DNA from: Rhynchopus sp. YZ270_cl-10
Lineage: Eukaryota
Assembly: GCA_964035575.1 (NCBI GenBank)
Contig: OZ037846.1
Span: forward strand, 1 to 64,000
Length of the DNA: 64,000 nucleotides
Direction: 5' to 3'
Shown: piece after piece, positions 43,309 to 56,147 of the stretch
How positions within the stretch are numbered: the stretch's first letter is position 1
How the letters are laid out: every line of letters starts with the position of its first letter
Program-made: the position numbers and the translations under genes
The notes under the pieces: generated by a model
Databases searched by the model: none
Told to the model about the DNA's origin: nothing
The model's input: only the letters and a program-made list of their open reading frames with translations

Positions 43309-46300
43309 TCATGCTATGCGTTCCGCTGTCTTCTGCAGTTGCGAGTGGTGGTAGTGAGACGACGTCCCCTTGCCTGCTACCAGCCGCAGACAAAAGTGTT
43401 GTTCGGGGTCACGATACTGTCGAGCGCATCGAGCTCAGGGCCGCTGTAGCCGTTGCAGATGCCGTTCAGAAGCTTCAGCGCGGTTGTCTCCCAGCGTGTC
43501 GTCCACACCGCAATTCTCCAGCTTGCCCTCACCTGCTGCACCCCCGTGGCGTCGTTCTTCCTCGAGCATCGCTGCCAACACACCGTCCGCCTGTCTGTCA
43601 CTCAGTAGCAGCATGTGGCCGGTCGGAAATGTCAGAACTGCGTCCGCCAACCGAACCGTTCGCAACGCTGTCCCGTCGTTGTTCCCGCAGACTGTGTTCT
43701 TCCAGTTCGACGTGGCACACAGCTTTGCTGAGCCCCAGCGAAGGGCTGCACCCGGAAATGCTGCATCCCATATAACCTGAAGGGTGGACACAGTAACGTT
43801 CCGCGGCAGCGCGGCGCAAAACCCCTTCCACGAGGACGCTGTGGCAGCCAGGCGGTAGTCCCACACCTTCTCTGCTAGGGGCTTCATGCTCTCGCGCTCG
43901 ACCTCCTGCTCCTTCTCCTGCTCCTGCTGCACTTCCTTCTCCTTCTCACATTCACGGTCAGACACGGTTGACTTCACCTTCAGGCCTGACCCTAACTCTT
44001 TGCAGCACCGCAGGATCACCTCACACTCCTTCCCGTATTCACCCACTGTGGTGTTCCGCAGCTGCTCCTTCACGAGTGGCTCCAGATCCGTCTCAACCAG
44101 AGGGCGGGCATACTTGCTGAGAGGTTGCTGGTCGTCGGCCTGGATGGCACGAGGGTTGTTCTTACATTCGTAGTGGAACATGCCGTTGTCGGCCCACTGC
44201 GACAGGCCACGTTCCCTCTCCGCTCCAGTGTTCTCGATGACCCAGCCCAGCACCTCTTCGATCGATGGTGTGCTCTGAGATATCTGTCCCCTGACGTCCT
44301 CAGGACACAGCAACATGAGGCCCTGTTGCTGAGGTCCAAGCTGTCTCATGCGGCCTGCACCCTGCATCAGCATGTCCTTGCGGAGGTTGCGCCCAAGAGT
44401 GACAGCACCCACACAGTCTTGTGCAAGCTTCAGGTCGGATCCCCTGCAACGTGCGTTGTCGAAGATGGCGAAGAAAACGTCGTCGGACAGTGCGCATTCG
44501 TGTCGGATGCTGACGAGGTTTGTGTCTGCGTCCATCACCTTCCAGCCTTCCTCGCTGGCTTCGGTTTCGAAGTACATAACACCTCGTTTCCCTAGGAGTT
44601 TGAAGGACGCTTGCCGCAGCACAAAGGCAGCAGCGTTCTTCGGCGGCATTCCTGCCAACAGACTGCCCGTGTCAATCAGCGCTCCTGCCTTACCCGTCAC
44701 TGCAGCCAACAGAGCTGCTTCCCCTGTGCTCCTGCCCGCCACGTGCCCGATCATGTGCACGGAGCTGCGCATCAGGTGGCTCAGCATCAGTCCGTTGGTT
44801 GCCTTCAGCGCTTCCACATCGGGTTCACGCTGTGTCACGTAGTTCGGCAGCAGTTGGTGGTTGTCGTTCGTGCCGGAGAAGCCGACGGAACGGCAGTCAG
44901 GAAGGTCCCAGGCAGACATGGACAGCTTCTCGGGATAGGCCACGACCTCTGATGGGAGCACGATCTGTGTCAGCCAGAAGTTGATCACCGGCATGCTGTA
45001 CCGATATGTACTATGCAGAAGAGCGTGCTGCTCGCGGTTGGTGGGGTCGAGCTTGCGCACGTCGTCGATGCTGGAGAAGTCAGACGGCAGCGACGCCACA
45101 GACGCAAACCAGCTTTTGTAGTAATAATTCTGCGCCCCGTCGCTCAGTTCGAGCAACTTGCCCACCGCCTCACCCACCTGCGTGGTGTTCAGCCCATTGT
45201 AGTAGTGCGCCAGCATCGTGTGCAGCACCATCACGTCAGGGTGACTGAACTCAGATCGTTCTGTCGGCACGTCTGCCGCCTTGAACGGCACAGCAAGGTT
45301 GATCTTCCTCTTCTCATACGCGACACCGTACTCCACTCTGTGCCGCTTTGTCAGACAATGCGCCAGCAGCTCGTGCGCAAACAACCCACGGAGACACATC
45401 AGCTGCAGCCGTTGGTGCTCCAGCAGGGCGAAACGCATGTCAGCCTCCTTCGACCCATTCAGCACGCTGTCCTTTGCGACCGCAAGCTCCTCTGCACTGT
45501 AGTCCTCTAACCAACGAAGGCACCACGGCAGGTCCTCACAGAGGAGGTCAAGCACCACGTGGTTCAGCTGTGCTACGTTCGCATCGTGCGTGGACCGCCC
45601 ATCCACCAGTCTGAAGCCTTGGAACCGGTCGATGCCTTTCCTCACCTCGATGACTGCTGCGATGTTGTCGAGCGTCTTCCCCCGCCTGTTCAGTGCTGTC
45701 AGCACAGCAGCTGTAACTTCGTACCGTATGGCGCCGTCCACCAAGCTGTCGCCCTTGCCCACTGCGTACACAAGCTGGTATCTGTGGTGGAGCAGCTCGT
45801 CGCTCTCGTCTAGGATCAGTGTTCCTGTCTTGTCCATTGTTTGCAGATGTCTCAGAAGCTTCGCTTCTGCGGGTTTGTCGTGCATAGCCAGCTCGTGTCG
45901 TTTCAGACAGAGGCTGAGCTTGTACTCTGGCACTGAAAGCACCACACCCCGCGCACGTTGCGCTTCCTTCCACTCACCTTCAAGAGCTGGCACATCAAGT
46001 TCGATGTTGCGGTGGAACGGCAGCATGTACACCCGCAGGTTCCGTGTGCTTGCCGTCAGGGTGTTTGACAGGAACCCCTGGCCTTCCTTCAGCAGAGAAC
46101 GTAGGAACATGATCTGCGGCAGGATCTTGTCAGCTTTTTTTGCATCCAGGCGGGTCAGCTCCAGCAGCAGCATCGGGAGGATGACTCGTGTCTTCCCCAG
46201 TCCCATGTTGAGCTGTGAGATCGAACCAGGGTGGTGCAGAAGGTGCTCAGCGAGTGCATGTTGGTGTGGGCGGATCTGCAGCGAGCCTTCTGCCTCGAAC

Positions 46301-49300
46301 ACCAGCCAGTGCGGGTGCTTGTCGCCGTCCCAACGTCTCACGCACGCAAGCTCCTGCACTATCTTGGTGCAGGTGTTCTCGCCTTGCACCAGCCGCAGGA
46401 TCCTTCCGAGCTTGTCCTCCAGCACGCACAACTCTAGCAGACGGCGTGCATTGTTTTGCAAGATGACACGCTGCTGGTATGTCAAAAACGGATTCAACTC
46501 GTGCGAAGGCGACGATTCTACAGTGCCCGCCAACAGAGCCATGTCCCTGAAGGTGACGGTGGGCACTCCATTCACGCAGTGCAGCAACTCGAACGACGCT
46601 GAGTGCCTCTTCGCCTGCTCGGTGGTACAGTCCGTGATGTGCTCCTGCAGGCCTGCACGCTTGGCTGACACCTCCTCCTTCAGGGAGGTGACGTACCCAC
46701 TCACAAACTCCGGTGAGGGTACATCGTAGCTTGTGGTGCGGTGGTGGCGCTCCCAACTGTCCTTCAGCTCAGCACACAATCCGGGGTAGTTTGGACACGT
46801 GAACGGAAAGGAGGGTGGGACGAAGCCGGGCTCCTGTTCCGTTGCTTTCAAAATCCCCGACAGGCCCAACTCCACCTTCTTCACGCCCTCTTTGATGTCT
46901 CCGGGGTACTCTTCCAGTGTGCACTCGTGGTCGCTCCGGATTTTCAGGTCAACTGCATCACAGTCCATTGGGGATGAGTGCAACTCCCACGTGAAGAGTG
47001 AATGCCGCCAGTTCCTCCCAGGTGCTCTGCCGTATTCCGTTCTTGCCTCCTGCAGTCGTTTCATCGAGAGCTGCCCCAACACACCACTCTCTGGCCTGTC
47101 CTTCTCCCACAACTTGCACTGCCGGAATGACGAGCGTAACAGGTCGTGGCAAATCAGAGTCAGCACCGGCACCTCTTTGCCAAACGCCGCCACATTGTCC
47201 AGCAGCTGCATGTCCCCAGCACTCAAAGGCTCGTTCGACCAGCACTCCCGACACAGTTGCACTGCAAACTCCACCGCAGTCATCCCCATCCACTGCTCCA
47301 CCACCAACGTCCCTGACGCCGCAAACACAGCAGCAAGGTAGAGACGCATCGTTGTTGTTGCCGCCTTCAGTTGCCTGAACCGCACACACAAGTCGTACGC
47401 AAAGCATTTGAACGTGCTCGTGCTCGCCCCATCCATGGCAACCCGTGCACCTTCTTTACCCTGCACAATCGTCCCGCACGGAATCAACACCCTAGTGCTG
47501 CCGGCCTTCCCCTCTAACACGAGGTAGTTTTGGAAAAAGAGGGGAACACACCCATGTTGCTGCTCGCTGCTCAGCAGCATGTCGGGGTGCTGTACGGAGT
47601 GCACAGCGCCTCCCTCCACCCACCACGACAGGCGGAGGCGAGGAAGCCGCACCCACAGCACCTCATGCTTGTCCACAACTGCATGCATGTGGACGCGCTC
47701 CTCCACCCTCTCGAAGAGCGGGACCAACGAGAGCGGGGCTCCCACGAATCTGTTGAAGTCGCTCAGGAGAGAGAGGATGTGCTTGTACGGCTGGTCCCTC
47801 TCCGCAGCTGGCACCTCGTGGACAACAGCGTGCACCGGCGCTCCTGTCGCAGAGAGGTCGTACGTCATCAAGTAGTGCACCCTCTTGTTGAGGTACGACT
47901 CCTCCCTGAACCACAGCGCTGCTGTCTTGCGTCGTGCCAGTGGGTGTGCAGGTCCACTAGCATCTTCGGCAGGTTCGCCACACTCCACTCCGCCTCCTGT
48001 AGACTCACAAGCTCTGATTTGCTGTCCTCTCCATCTTCCTCCCGAATCTCGAAGATCCGCACCCTGCCTGTGCCGCTGCAAATGCAGAAGTCGTAGTGGC
48101 AGTTTGTTTCGTCCCGCTTCAGTGTATTAAACGTGGCACCGGACGCGCTCTTGCTCACTTCGAAGTTCCGTGTCTCGCCAAAGCTCCTTTTGTACAAGGC
48201 GCACTGCGTCACCTCGTCAGGCAGGCCGCAAGGAGGGTACCCGTTCAGCAGCACAGCCCCCGTGAGCAGGTTCACAGAGTAGTGGTTGTCCCCTGCTACG
48301 GCTGCGAAGCAGCACGTCGGCTTTCCTGCCAACGTGTAATTTCCCCAGCCGGCAACATGTTTCGGCATCCTGCCGAAGATCTTCCGCAACCCTGGAGTGA
48401 TCACTGCGTCAGGGTCCGCCTGTGCGTGACTCATCACATCGCTCAGCCTGTGCGCCGCAACCCGTCGCACAGTCGCCAATGACACCGGATGCTCCTCGTC
48501 CGACCTGGCGAGGCACTGACGGAACCTGAAGAGCTCCTCCACAAGCAGAGCCGCGTCTGCAGCAGTCAACTTCGGGACAAGGAAGCAGCGTATGGCGTAC
48601 GCAGTCATCACAGCCTCCTTGTCTTTGTCGTGGGCCACCTTCTCCCTCCACCCAGCTGCCACCCCCCTCCACAGAAATGGAAGCCTCTGACCACACGGAT
48701 CAGATGAGAACTGGCTGATGAAGCACGACAGGTCTGCCAGCACTGGGAACCCCTTGTGATCCCGAGGGCACTCACGCACCTCCTCTGCGAGCTGTGCAAA
48801 GGCGGCAACAAGCTTTGCGACAAGAGGATCAGAAGGGCGGAACAGGTCTTCTGCTTCTTTGAAGGTCTCGCCGTCTTCCTTCCTCGCGAACCCCTCTGTG
48901 AAGGCGCCGAGCTGGTGCGCAGAGTGGCGCAGCAGCTCAGCCACACTCGCCTCTGCAAACGGGAGGGAGCGTTCCGTCACAATCCTGAGGATCTTCCTCC
49001 ACACCGAGAACGAGAAGGACCTCACACCTGCGAAGGCAAGGTGCCCCTTCACTGTGAAGGCATGTGGCTTCAGCTGTATGGTGGCGTACCCTCTGTTCCC
49101 TGCGGTGTGCTCCTGCCCCGACCTTGAGTCTTCGGGTGGGAGGAGAAAAGCCCGGAACTCCGGACGCAAACCCTTGAACGCCGCCCTGCTGTAGTACTCT
49201 GTGGTGTGCCTCTGTAACACAGCGAAGGGGGTGTCATGCGCCCACAGCGTCGACCCAACGTCTGGATACCACGTTACCTGAGTAGCAGACCAGATGTCCT

Positions 49301-51258
49301 CAACGTCAGAAGGGCCGTATGACTTAGGCACGCGAATTTCCGAGGTGGGGGTAAAATGGACATCTCTCTGGGCAGGCGATGGGAACGCTGAGCGCCTGTC
49401 GTAGTGGGTGGCCCAACTTTCGCACCAAGGCAATTGTCCCGTCGTTCCTTTGCTTCCTCTCGATAGCATCCGCTGCGAGTCGAAGGAAAGGCACATCAGC
49501 ACGTCAAGATCTTGGTCCATCAGGATGTAGAATAGAACGGGAAGTGCGCGGTGTGCCTGTTCCGGCAGCGGGCACGCAACATACTTCGGGGGCGCCTTGG
49601 TGTCCCGTATACGTTCCTCCAAAATATCGATTTCTCTGTCCTGTTTTCTTATTTCCCAGACTTGCCCGATCCAGTAGGAAACTTTAGCTGCCTTTGCTTC
49701 GACTAGTTCTCTCCTCAAACACTCAAGCTCCTTCTTCTTCTTCTTTAGATCCTTCATGTACTGTTCTTGCTTGGCAGTGACCGCGGCACGCTCCGCCTCC
49801 CATCTCTGCTGGATCTCTGCAGACCCGTTTGCATACTCCCTCGCAAAATCCATCGTACCTTCAGCACTCGAGCCCTGCAGCGAGAAGACACGCCGTCCGG
49901 CCCCCGACGAGAATCGTTGCAAGTACTTCGCGAGTTGCTTCACCTGGGTGCGGGTTTCCTTCTTGTCCGTCGACACGTGGCTCAGTGAGGTGTATTCCAA
50001 CGCAACACCGTAACCCGCCAGTATGGGCCACCTCTGGACACACATGTGGTGCACGACTACGTACGCCGACACAACCACAACCATCTCGTGGCTTCGGGAA
50101 ATCAGCGACGCACCCTTGACAAGCGCCTGGTACCCTTTAACGATCGCTTTGATGCTGTTTGTATCGCACTGAGCCAACTCCCCACCGCATGAGACTGTGG
50201 AGACAAGGCGTGCGAAGTACTTCTCCACACTGGCCACCACCAGCTCAGGCGACGCCGCAGAGTTCTGTTGCATCCACAAATTCAAATGTGCCGCACTGCA
50301 GTCGTTCACAAGCGGGATACATTGTATCGCTTTCGCAGCTCTGGCCGCTACATCCTCATTCGCAACTGAATCGCTTGGCGGTGGGATGAGGGCAAGGCCA
50401 ACATCAAGCACAGTGTGGGCCCCGATCTCCCCGAGTCTGCGCTTTTGTGCACCCCCGTCTGCCTGTTGTTGCAGAAGAGCGTCGAGGTCTCGCTTGCATG
50501 CAGACAGCGGCTTCACGACGTCGGCGTCAATGTCAATGTCCTTGCGGTCCTCGGTGTACAGCAGTGCACGGCTCACTGCACTCTCCATGATCCCGACGAC
50601 TTCGTTGCACCCCCCCTGGCTGAGTGGGGTGACTGCATCCCCGAGCCAGGTCTGCGCCATCCACACGTCGAAGTCCAGCAACAACCTATCGCTGAGACGT
50701 CTCCCCAGCAACCGTGGCAAGATGCCACAAGATATCAAAATCCAAGGCCACGACGGCTGAGATGAAAAATCAGACTTGCAAACCTGGGGCACCGCTGACG
50801 TCTCCGTTGCCGCCATCCTCCCTGCACACTCGATAAACTGCGGGGAGGGCTTGCTGCCTTTCCACTCTTTCCATATCAGATTGAGAGCCTCCGCAAACTT
50901 CTGGTCAAACTTTTGCATCTCAGCCTCTGCCACATCCCCGATCGCTACTGTTTGGCACCCACACCAGTCACTGCTGTACTCCAGACGACCTACGCTAACT
51001 ACCTCCGGAGCAGACGTCATCCACATCACTCCTACTGCACAACAGCACACACCCATACTGGTCGTATTGTTGTTTGATGTGTATCGTCACCCCGTCTTCA
51101 CGCACACGGTTCGCCCCTGAAAGCGTAGCCACAGCGCCTTTTACACGATTGAAGTCCTCTCCTAGCGTTGTACACTGCGACACAAAATTCTTCAACAGAC
51201 ATATCAACGAAGAGAACGACTCTTCCTTGTACACACGGCGTGTTGCGTTTGGATGCAT
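43309..51258 (-). pseudogene. Giant DUF3638/DUF3645 P-loop protein gene broken by frameshifts (pseudogene or sequencing indels)
   Basis: WLVFEAEGSLQIRPHQ, QLNMGLGKTRVILP, LDESDELL, RHRVEYG, LAVPFKAADVPTERSEFSHPDV; ORFs 47868-51056 and 43435-48081 join by a 1-nt shift near 47927. The outer coordinates are approximate. Confidence 0.8.
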
Positions 51259-51598
51259 CTGGGGTTTGAAAGAGGGCGGAGGTATGTGGCGGTGTGGCTG
51301 GGCTCTTCACGAAGTATACGATCTAAGACTGAAGAGGTGCGGAACACAGCGGAGTGAGGTGCGTATGTACGCCCTCAGGGGGGATGTGAAAGACGTGCTA
51401 GATGAAAGGTTTTCGGTGAAAATTGTTTGTTTTTTTCTTGTGATGTTCGCTGTGTGGTGGAAACTTTTTATTTTTGTGTGGGGTGGGGTGGGAGGATTGA
51501 CGGTCGAAGAGTTAGCTGAGGCACTGCATCAGAACTGTGGTGAGCCAATCCAAACAAATACCAGCACATCCTGTTTGTAAATTCTGAACACGCAAGCT

Positions 51599-51715
51599 TC
51601 AGCGTCTGCACGCCTGTCTCAAACACACGCACGCCGTCGTCGCTGCCAGTGGCAAAGTGCATGCCGTCGCTCGAGAACGCAACAGAGAGCACCCTCGCAT
51701 GGTGCTGCACCTTGA
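51599..51715 (-). pseudogene. WD40-repeat fragment
   Basis: HHARVLSVAFSSDGMHFATGSDDGVRVFE resembles one WD40 blade; no long ORF. Confidence 0.6.
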
Positions 51716-51896
51716 AGCGGCATGTGAGGCAGGCTCCGTGGGCACATCATTGCCATCGTGTCCGGCTCTGTGCACCCGAGGAATGAAAAGCAGCTGAACA
51801 ACTATAAAAAAAAACAATTACCACTTCGTCCCAGAATTGGGAAGCAGAGGGTAGGGTTTGAGGGTGCACTTACTGATTAGGAAAGCAGATGTATTG

Positions 51897-52538
51897 ATCC
51901 GAAAGCAACGAGACGCAAGCACCCTGCGTGTGGATGGTCCCAGGGGAAACAAAAGCGAACGGTGTCGGAAACATGAAGTCACAAAAGTGGCAACGTCAGA
52001 AAACGTGGCTCCAACGCTCCAAGGTTGTGCAGAACACTCAAAGCCACAGAGAACAAAACACAACATAAGAACCGCATCAATACTGGAAAGCATGATTTTG
52101 TGAAACATAGGGCAACGAAATGAACGAAGTTAAGTTAATGGACTGCGAAACGTATTCCTCAGTAAAATATTTTGGACGGAAGGTTTCAACTTAGCGGCAG
52201 GCACTTGACAATGACCCACCGCGAAGAAATAGCTGAAATCGAAAAATTTTCGCGTCCTGTGTTTTGTTGTTAGTAGGGCTGATGTAACTATCACATGCAT
52301 ATTGCAGAGTGCCTATCCCCTTACCTCACTCGAATTCGATCGCACAAATCCCAGTATCCGAAAGCAACGAGACGCAACCACCCTGCGTGTGGATGTTCCC
52401 AGGGGAAACAAAAGCGAACGGTGCAAAGAGTTCGGAGCAATGAAGTCACAAAAGTGGCAACGTCAGAAAACGTGGCTCCGACGCTCCAAGGTTGTGCAGA
52501 ACACTCAAAGCCACAGAGAACATAACATACGAACCGCA
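51897..52538. repeat. ~185-bp direct repeat (51897-52078 and 52356-52538)
   Basis: atccgaaagcaacgagacgcaa...gaaccgcat present twice. Confidence 0.88.
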
Positions 52539-52883
52539 TAAAACAATAATACAAATAATGACCTAAGAAACATAAAAGAAAGTGACCCGAAGCAGCTCTG
52601 TCTTGTATAAACATCACATCCTGTGGACATTAGACCACAGGACAGCATTTATCTATAAAAACATTTGCTGTGGAAGAACTCACGACACATCGTCGCACAT
52701 GTTGCATGCACCCTGTAAAGGGCAGCAGCAAGAGAAAAAGTTGCAAGGCAGACACGAACAAACAGATGATCAGTTCGGGATGCTCTCATTCCAATTGCTA
52801 TAATTGCGGGAACATAACGGTACGTGAGAATTGCGATTCACAAATGAGATACACTAAAAGTCCAAAGCTTATTTCAAGACGAT

Positions 52884-55016
52884 TTAGAGGCTGGTGACGT
52901 CCTTGGCTGTCGACACCACACGATACGCAGAAGATGCCTTGTGCGCCACAATCATGTGCTCGAGTGACTTCGGCAGTGCCCCACTCGGCAGCTCGTAGAG
53001 ACACACATTGCCACAACGCACAGCCTCCTCGCAGAGCGTCCAGGAGCGGCGCACTGTCGACCCCATGACGGTCACGAAACGCTGCTTGCGTGCACCTACG
53101 TCACCATGCTGCACAACCCCGCTCACAAACCCAGCACCAGAGACATGGCTGCTGTCTTGGACGCGTTGTGCAAAGCGCAGTGCGGCTTCCATATGTGCAG
53201 AGGATGCGCGTGTCAGGTTCCATCCGATGCAGACGCAGTTCCCGAGTACAGAGACAAGCGTGCCGCCGCTCTGGTCCAGGGAGACAGTGAGAATGGAGAG
53301 CCCTGCACTCATGTTGTGCAGTGTGTGTGCGTGGCCGTCCTCGCCAACAAGCAGCTCGACAACACCGAGCGTTGCGTCAAAAGGCTTTGGTGTCATCTGC
53401 CGCGCGAACTCCCTGGGGGACATGCTCAGGTTGCTCAGAGAAGAGTCAGACCCATCTACACCTGCGCGCCACTTGTCGCGCAAGGGGTTCGCCTTACGTC
53501 CTGCAAGTGCAGCCGGCCACACACATTGAACAAACGTGGTCCCCGACACACCCTTCAAGTCAACCGCCTCCGACTCACCAACAAAGGCACGAAGTGACCT
53601 GCAGTCAGACGTCCACAGGTCAGATCGAATCGCCACAGCGCCAGGTTGGCAACTACTTTCAAGGCGTGATGCGACGTTGACAGTGTGTCCGAAGTAGTCC
53701 GTTCTCCCGGTCAGACTGCTTTGCTCCACAGTGACAGGCCCTGTGTTGATCCCAATGCGGACAGTGAGACCACACCACAGCAAGCCCTGCTCAGCGCAGA
53801 TCGGTGCGTCCTCCATAAGAGACGGCGGCCACTCCGCCTCGCGCAGCCGTTCGTGCACCTTCAGCGCAAAGTCCATCCCGTCCTGTGTCGTCGCAAAGGC
53901 AATCATGAAGGCGTCGCCAATCGTCTTCACCTCGTAGCCGCCGAAGGTGTGCATCACGTCCCGTATCACAGCGTTGTGGATGCGCAGCCCAGCACGCATC
54001 CCGTCAGGTGCAGCTTCCCAGATCGACGTAGACTGAAGGATGTCTGTAAAGACGATGGTTGCTCTCTCGCTGTCGAGCCCTGGCGGTGCCACGGTGGCGT
54101 GCTGCGCACCGCACATCTCGTCCTCTTCCTCAAACAGCGCAGCAGGGAGGTAGGGACGGTACTTCCGCAGGTTGCCCTCCATCTTGCGCAGCGTTGCGTG
54201 CATCTCCTCTGGGAGCAGCGTCTCCTGTGCATCAAGCATGCGCGCCACACCCTCCACGTCGTACCTTGCCAGCAGCGACGCAATCTCCTGCACAGCGTTG
54301 ATCGTCTGCTGCATTGCCTCCTGCTCCTTGAGAATGCCACGTGCGAAGCCTCGTGTTGCTAAGAAGTCCAGCATGAAGACGGCTACCGATATGGGCAGGC
54401 TCAGCGGCGGGAATTGGACGGGACAGGGCGGCCTTCCACACGACGTGAGAGCAGCGTAATACTGCTGCCTCCCGAAGGGTCCGTCCTGCGGGATGAGGCC
54501 AGGCAGGTCGAGGATGCCGAACCTGAAGCTCTCCTCAAGCGCAAGCATGAAGAGCCACACGACGACCGCAGACACGAGGCCAATGGTGTACCTCGCAGGC
54601 ACCTGCATCACAAGAAGCATGTCGACGATGAGCACCAGCAGCGGCCATGCGGGCGACAGCACCTGACGCCCTGTGACATCCCACAACAACAACACTGCAC
54701 TCTGCGCGTAGAACAGCACAACAATGTGTCCTGACCGCAACGGCAGGCGCAGCAGCACTGCAGCAACGCCCGTACTCTGGATTGACATCATCATGATGTA
54801 CGAGGCCAAGCGCAGCTTCTGTGAGAGGACCTCCTCCAAGATCGACAGCAGCGCAACCATCGCGGTAACGCCCGCAACAACGTTGTAGCAGAAGAACAGT
54901 GCTCGCTTCCTCTGCTCCTTCGTATCCAACGTGCCGTCCAGCGTGCGCACGGCCTCGACCCACCCTCGCCAGCTAGTCTCTGCTTCGCTACCACTCAGCT
55001 CTGTCACTCTATCCAT
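52884..55016 (-). CDS. Multi-TM class III adenylate cyclase (type A) with a degenerate second cyclase-like domain
   Basis: Several hydrophobic N-terminal helices; TIVFTDI, YEVKTIGDAFM, RIGINTG, DYFGHTVNVASRLES, so both metal Asps, the ATP-specifying K/D and the N/R are present. Confidence 0.93.
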   Translation of the reverse strand: MDRVTELSGSEAETSWRGWVEAVRTLDGTLDTKEQRKRALFFCYNVVAGVTAMVALLSILEEVLSQKLRLASYIMMMSIQSTGVAAVLLRLPLRSGHIVVLFYAQSAVLLLWDVTGRQVLSPAWPLLVLIVDMLLVMQVPARYTIGLVSAVVVWLFMLALEESFRFGILDLPGLIPQDGPFGRQQYYAALTSCGRPPCPVQFPPLSLPISVAVFMLDFLATRGFARGILKEQEAMQQTINAVQEIASLLARYDVEGVARMLDAQETLLPEEMHATLRKMEGNLRKYRPYLPAALFEEEDEMCGAQHATVAPPGLDSERATIVFTDILQSTSIWEAAPDGMRAGLRIHNAVIRDVMHTFGGYEVKTIGDAFMIAFATTQDGMDFALKVHERLREAEWPPSLMEDAPICAEQGLLWCGLTVRIGINTGPVTVEQSSLTGRTDYFGHTVNVASRLESSCQPGAVAIRSDLWTSDCRSLRAFVGESEAVDLKGVSGTTFVQCVWPAALAGRKANPLRDKWRAGVDGSDSSLSNLSMSPREFARQMTPKPFDATLGVVELLVGEDGHAHTLHNMSAGLSILTVSLDQSGGTLVSVLGNCVCIGWNLTRASSAHMEAALRFAQRVQDSSHVSGAGFVSGVVQHGDVGARKQRFVTVMGSTVRRSWTLCEEAVRCGNVCLYELPSGALPKSLEHMIVAHKASSAYRVVSTAKDVTSL

Positions 55017-55329
55017 CTCCCTTACCTGAAAGTATCACCGCAAAAGAGAATTTGAAAGGACAAAAAAATAAAGCACGCCGTGGAACGCGAAAGGCTGGCA
55101 AAACTGTAGTTGTTGATACAGGCACCTCCGACCCAAAAAACGTCAAAACAACGCGGTACTTTTTGTGCGAAATGCAAAAAATAAAATAAAATCAAAAATG
55201 GGTTTCTGTGGTGGAGTTGGTGGAGGGGATCTGAAATGGAGAGAAAAAATGGAGCGCGGATGACATCAAAAAGGGGGAAGGGAAAAATTTCACTTGTATC
55301 GTTGTAGTAACTTCTAGCAAATTAGATTC

Positions 55330-56007
55330 ATGCCCTTGAGCACGGTGGAGTCCACCCGACTCTTTTGGGGCATGGGCTACATAGTCCCTTTGGCATACCC
55401 CGAAGGCGAATTCCCAAAATTCCTGGACCACATTCGCCCTACATTCGGATCCGAATATAGGGCGAATACGGTGGTCCCTACATACACGAGGACGCACGTT
55501 TGCGGGTTTGCGGAATACGTGGACCTGCTGGAGGCAAGCGGCGGCGTACGAGGAGATCGTGCAACCTGAGATTGATCGCATCAACACTCTGCCCGGGACA
55601 ACCACACCGGCTTGATAGTCCAAGCTCAAGAAGCAGCACCTCAGCAGAGGCCATCTGTTCGCCTGAGCCACAGCTGCTGGCGAGCCGGACTCTGACCGAA
55701 CGATCGCATGACGGAGTACTGCAGGGCTCTGAAGCGGATCACCTCAGAGACGGGCATCGGGAAGTACCTGTCTGCCGTTTTGGTCGATGCGGGGTCAGAA
55801 ATTTTGAAGGGTGCTGAAGACCTGAAGGACACTTACCCGACAATCCTCGTCTTGGTGTGTGTGCCACACCTTAAACCGCCTCCTCAACGAGGGACGCGTA
55901 CGGCGGGGAAGAAGGAGACACCTAACGTGTACAACGCATGCTTCGTGTGGAGCAACCAGGTCGTATCTGCGGTAAAGAACACAGAGAACATCAGGTACAT
56001 AATTTAA
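55330..56007 (+). pseudogene. Probable degenerate hAT-like transposase fragment
   Basis: MPLSTVES.. and VLVDAGSEILKGAEDLKDTYPTILVLVCVPHL resemble the hAT P-F-x-x-VE and VTDNxSN...YP-I...CxxH segments; split across frames. Confidence 0.45.
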
Positions 56008-56147
56008 AATTTTAAAAAAATTCAAAACAAAGGTGCTGCTGTAACGAACCACACAAGAAAAGAAAAGGGTGGCCGCAAAATCCTCGTGAACAAAAAGGGT
56101 TTGTAGTTTGAAGCAAGTGCCAGATGTAAATCTGAAACACAACAGTG

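Noticed and set aside
43290..50765. Many plus-strand and alternate-frame ORFs over the DUF3638 gene (likewise over the cyclase genes and the retroelement)
   Set aside because: Shadow ORFs of GC-rich coding sequence with no recognisable motifs.
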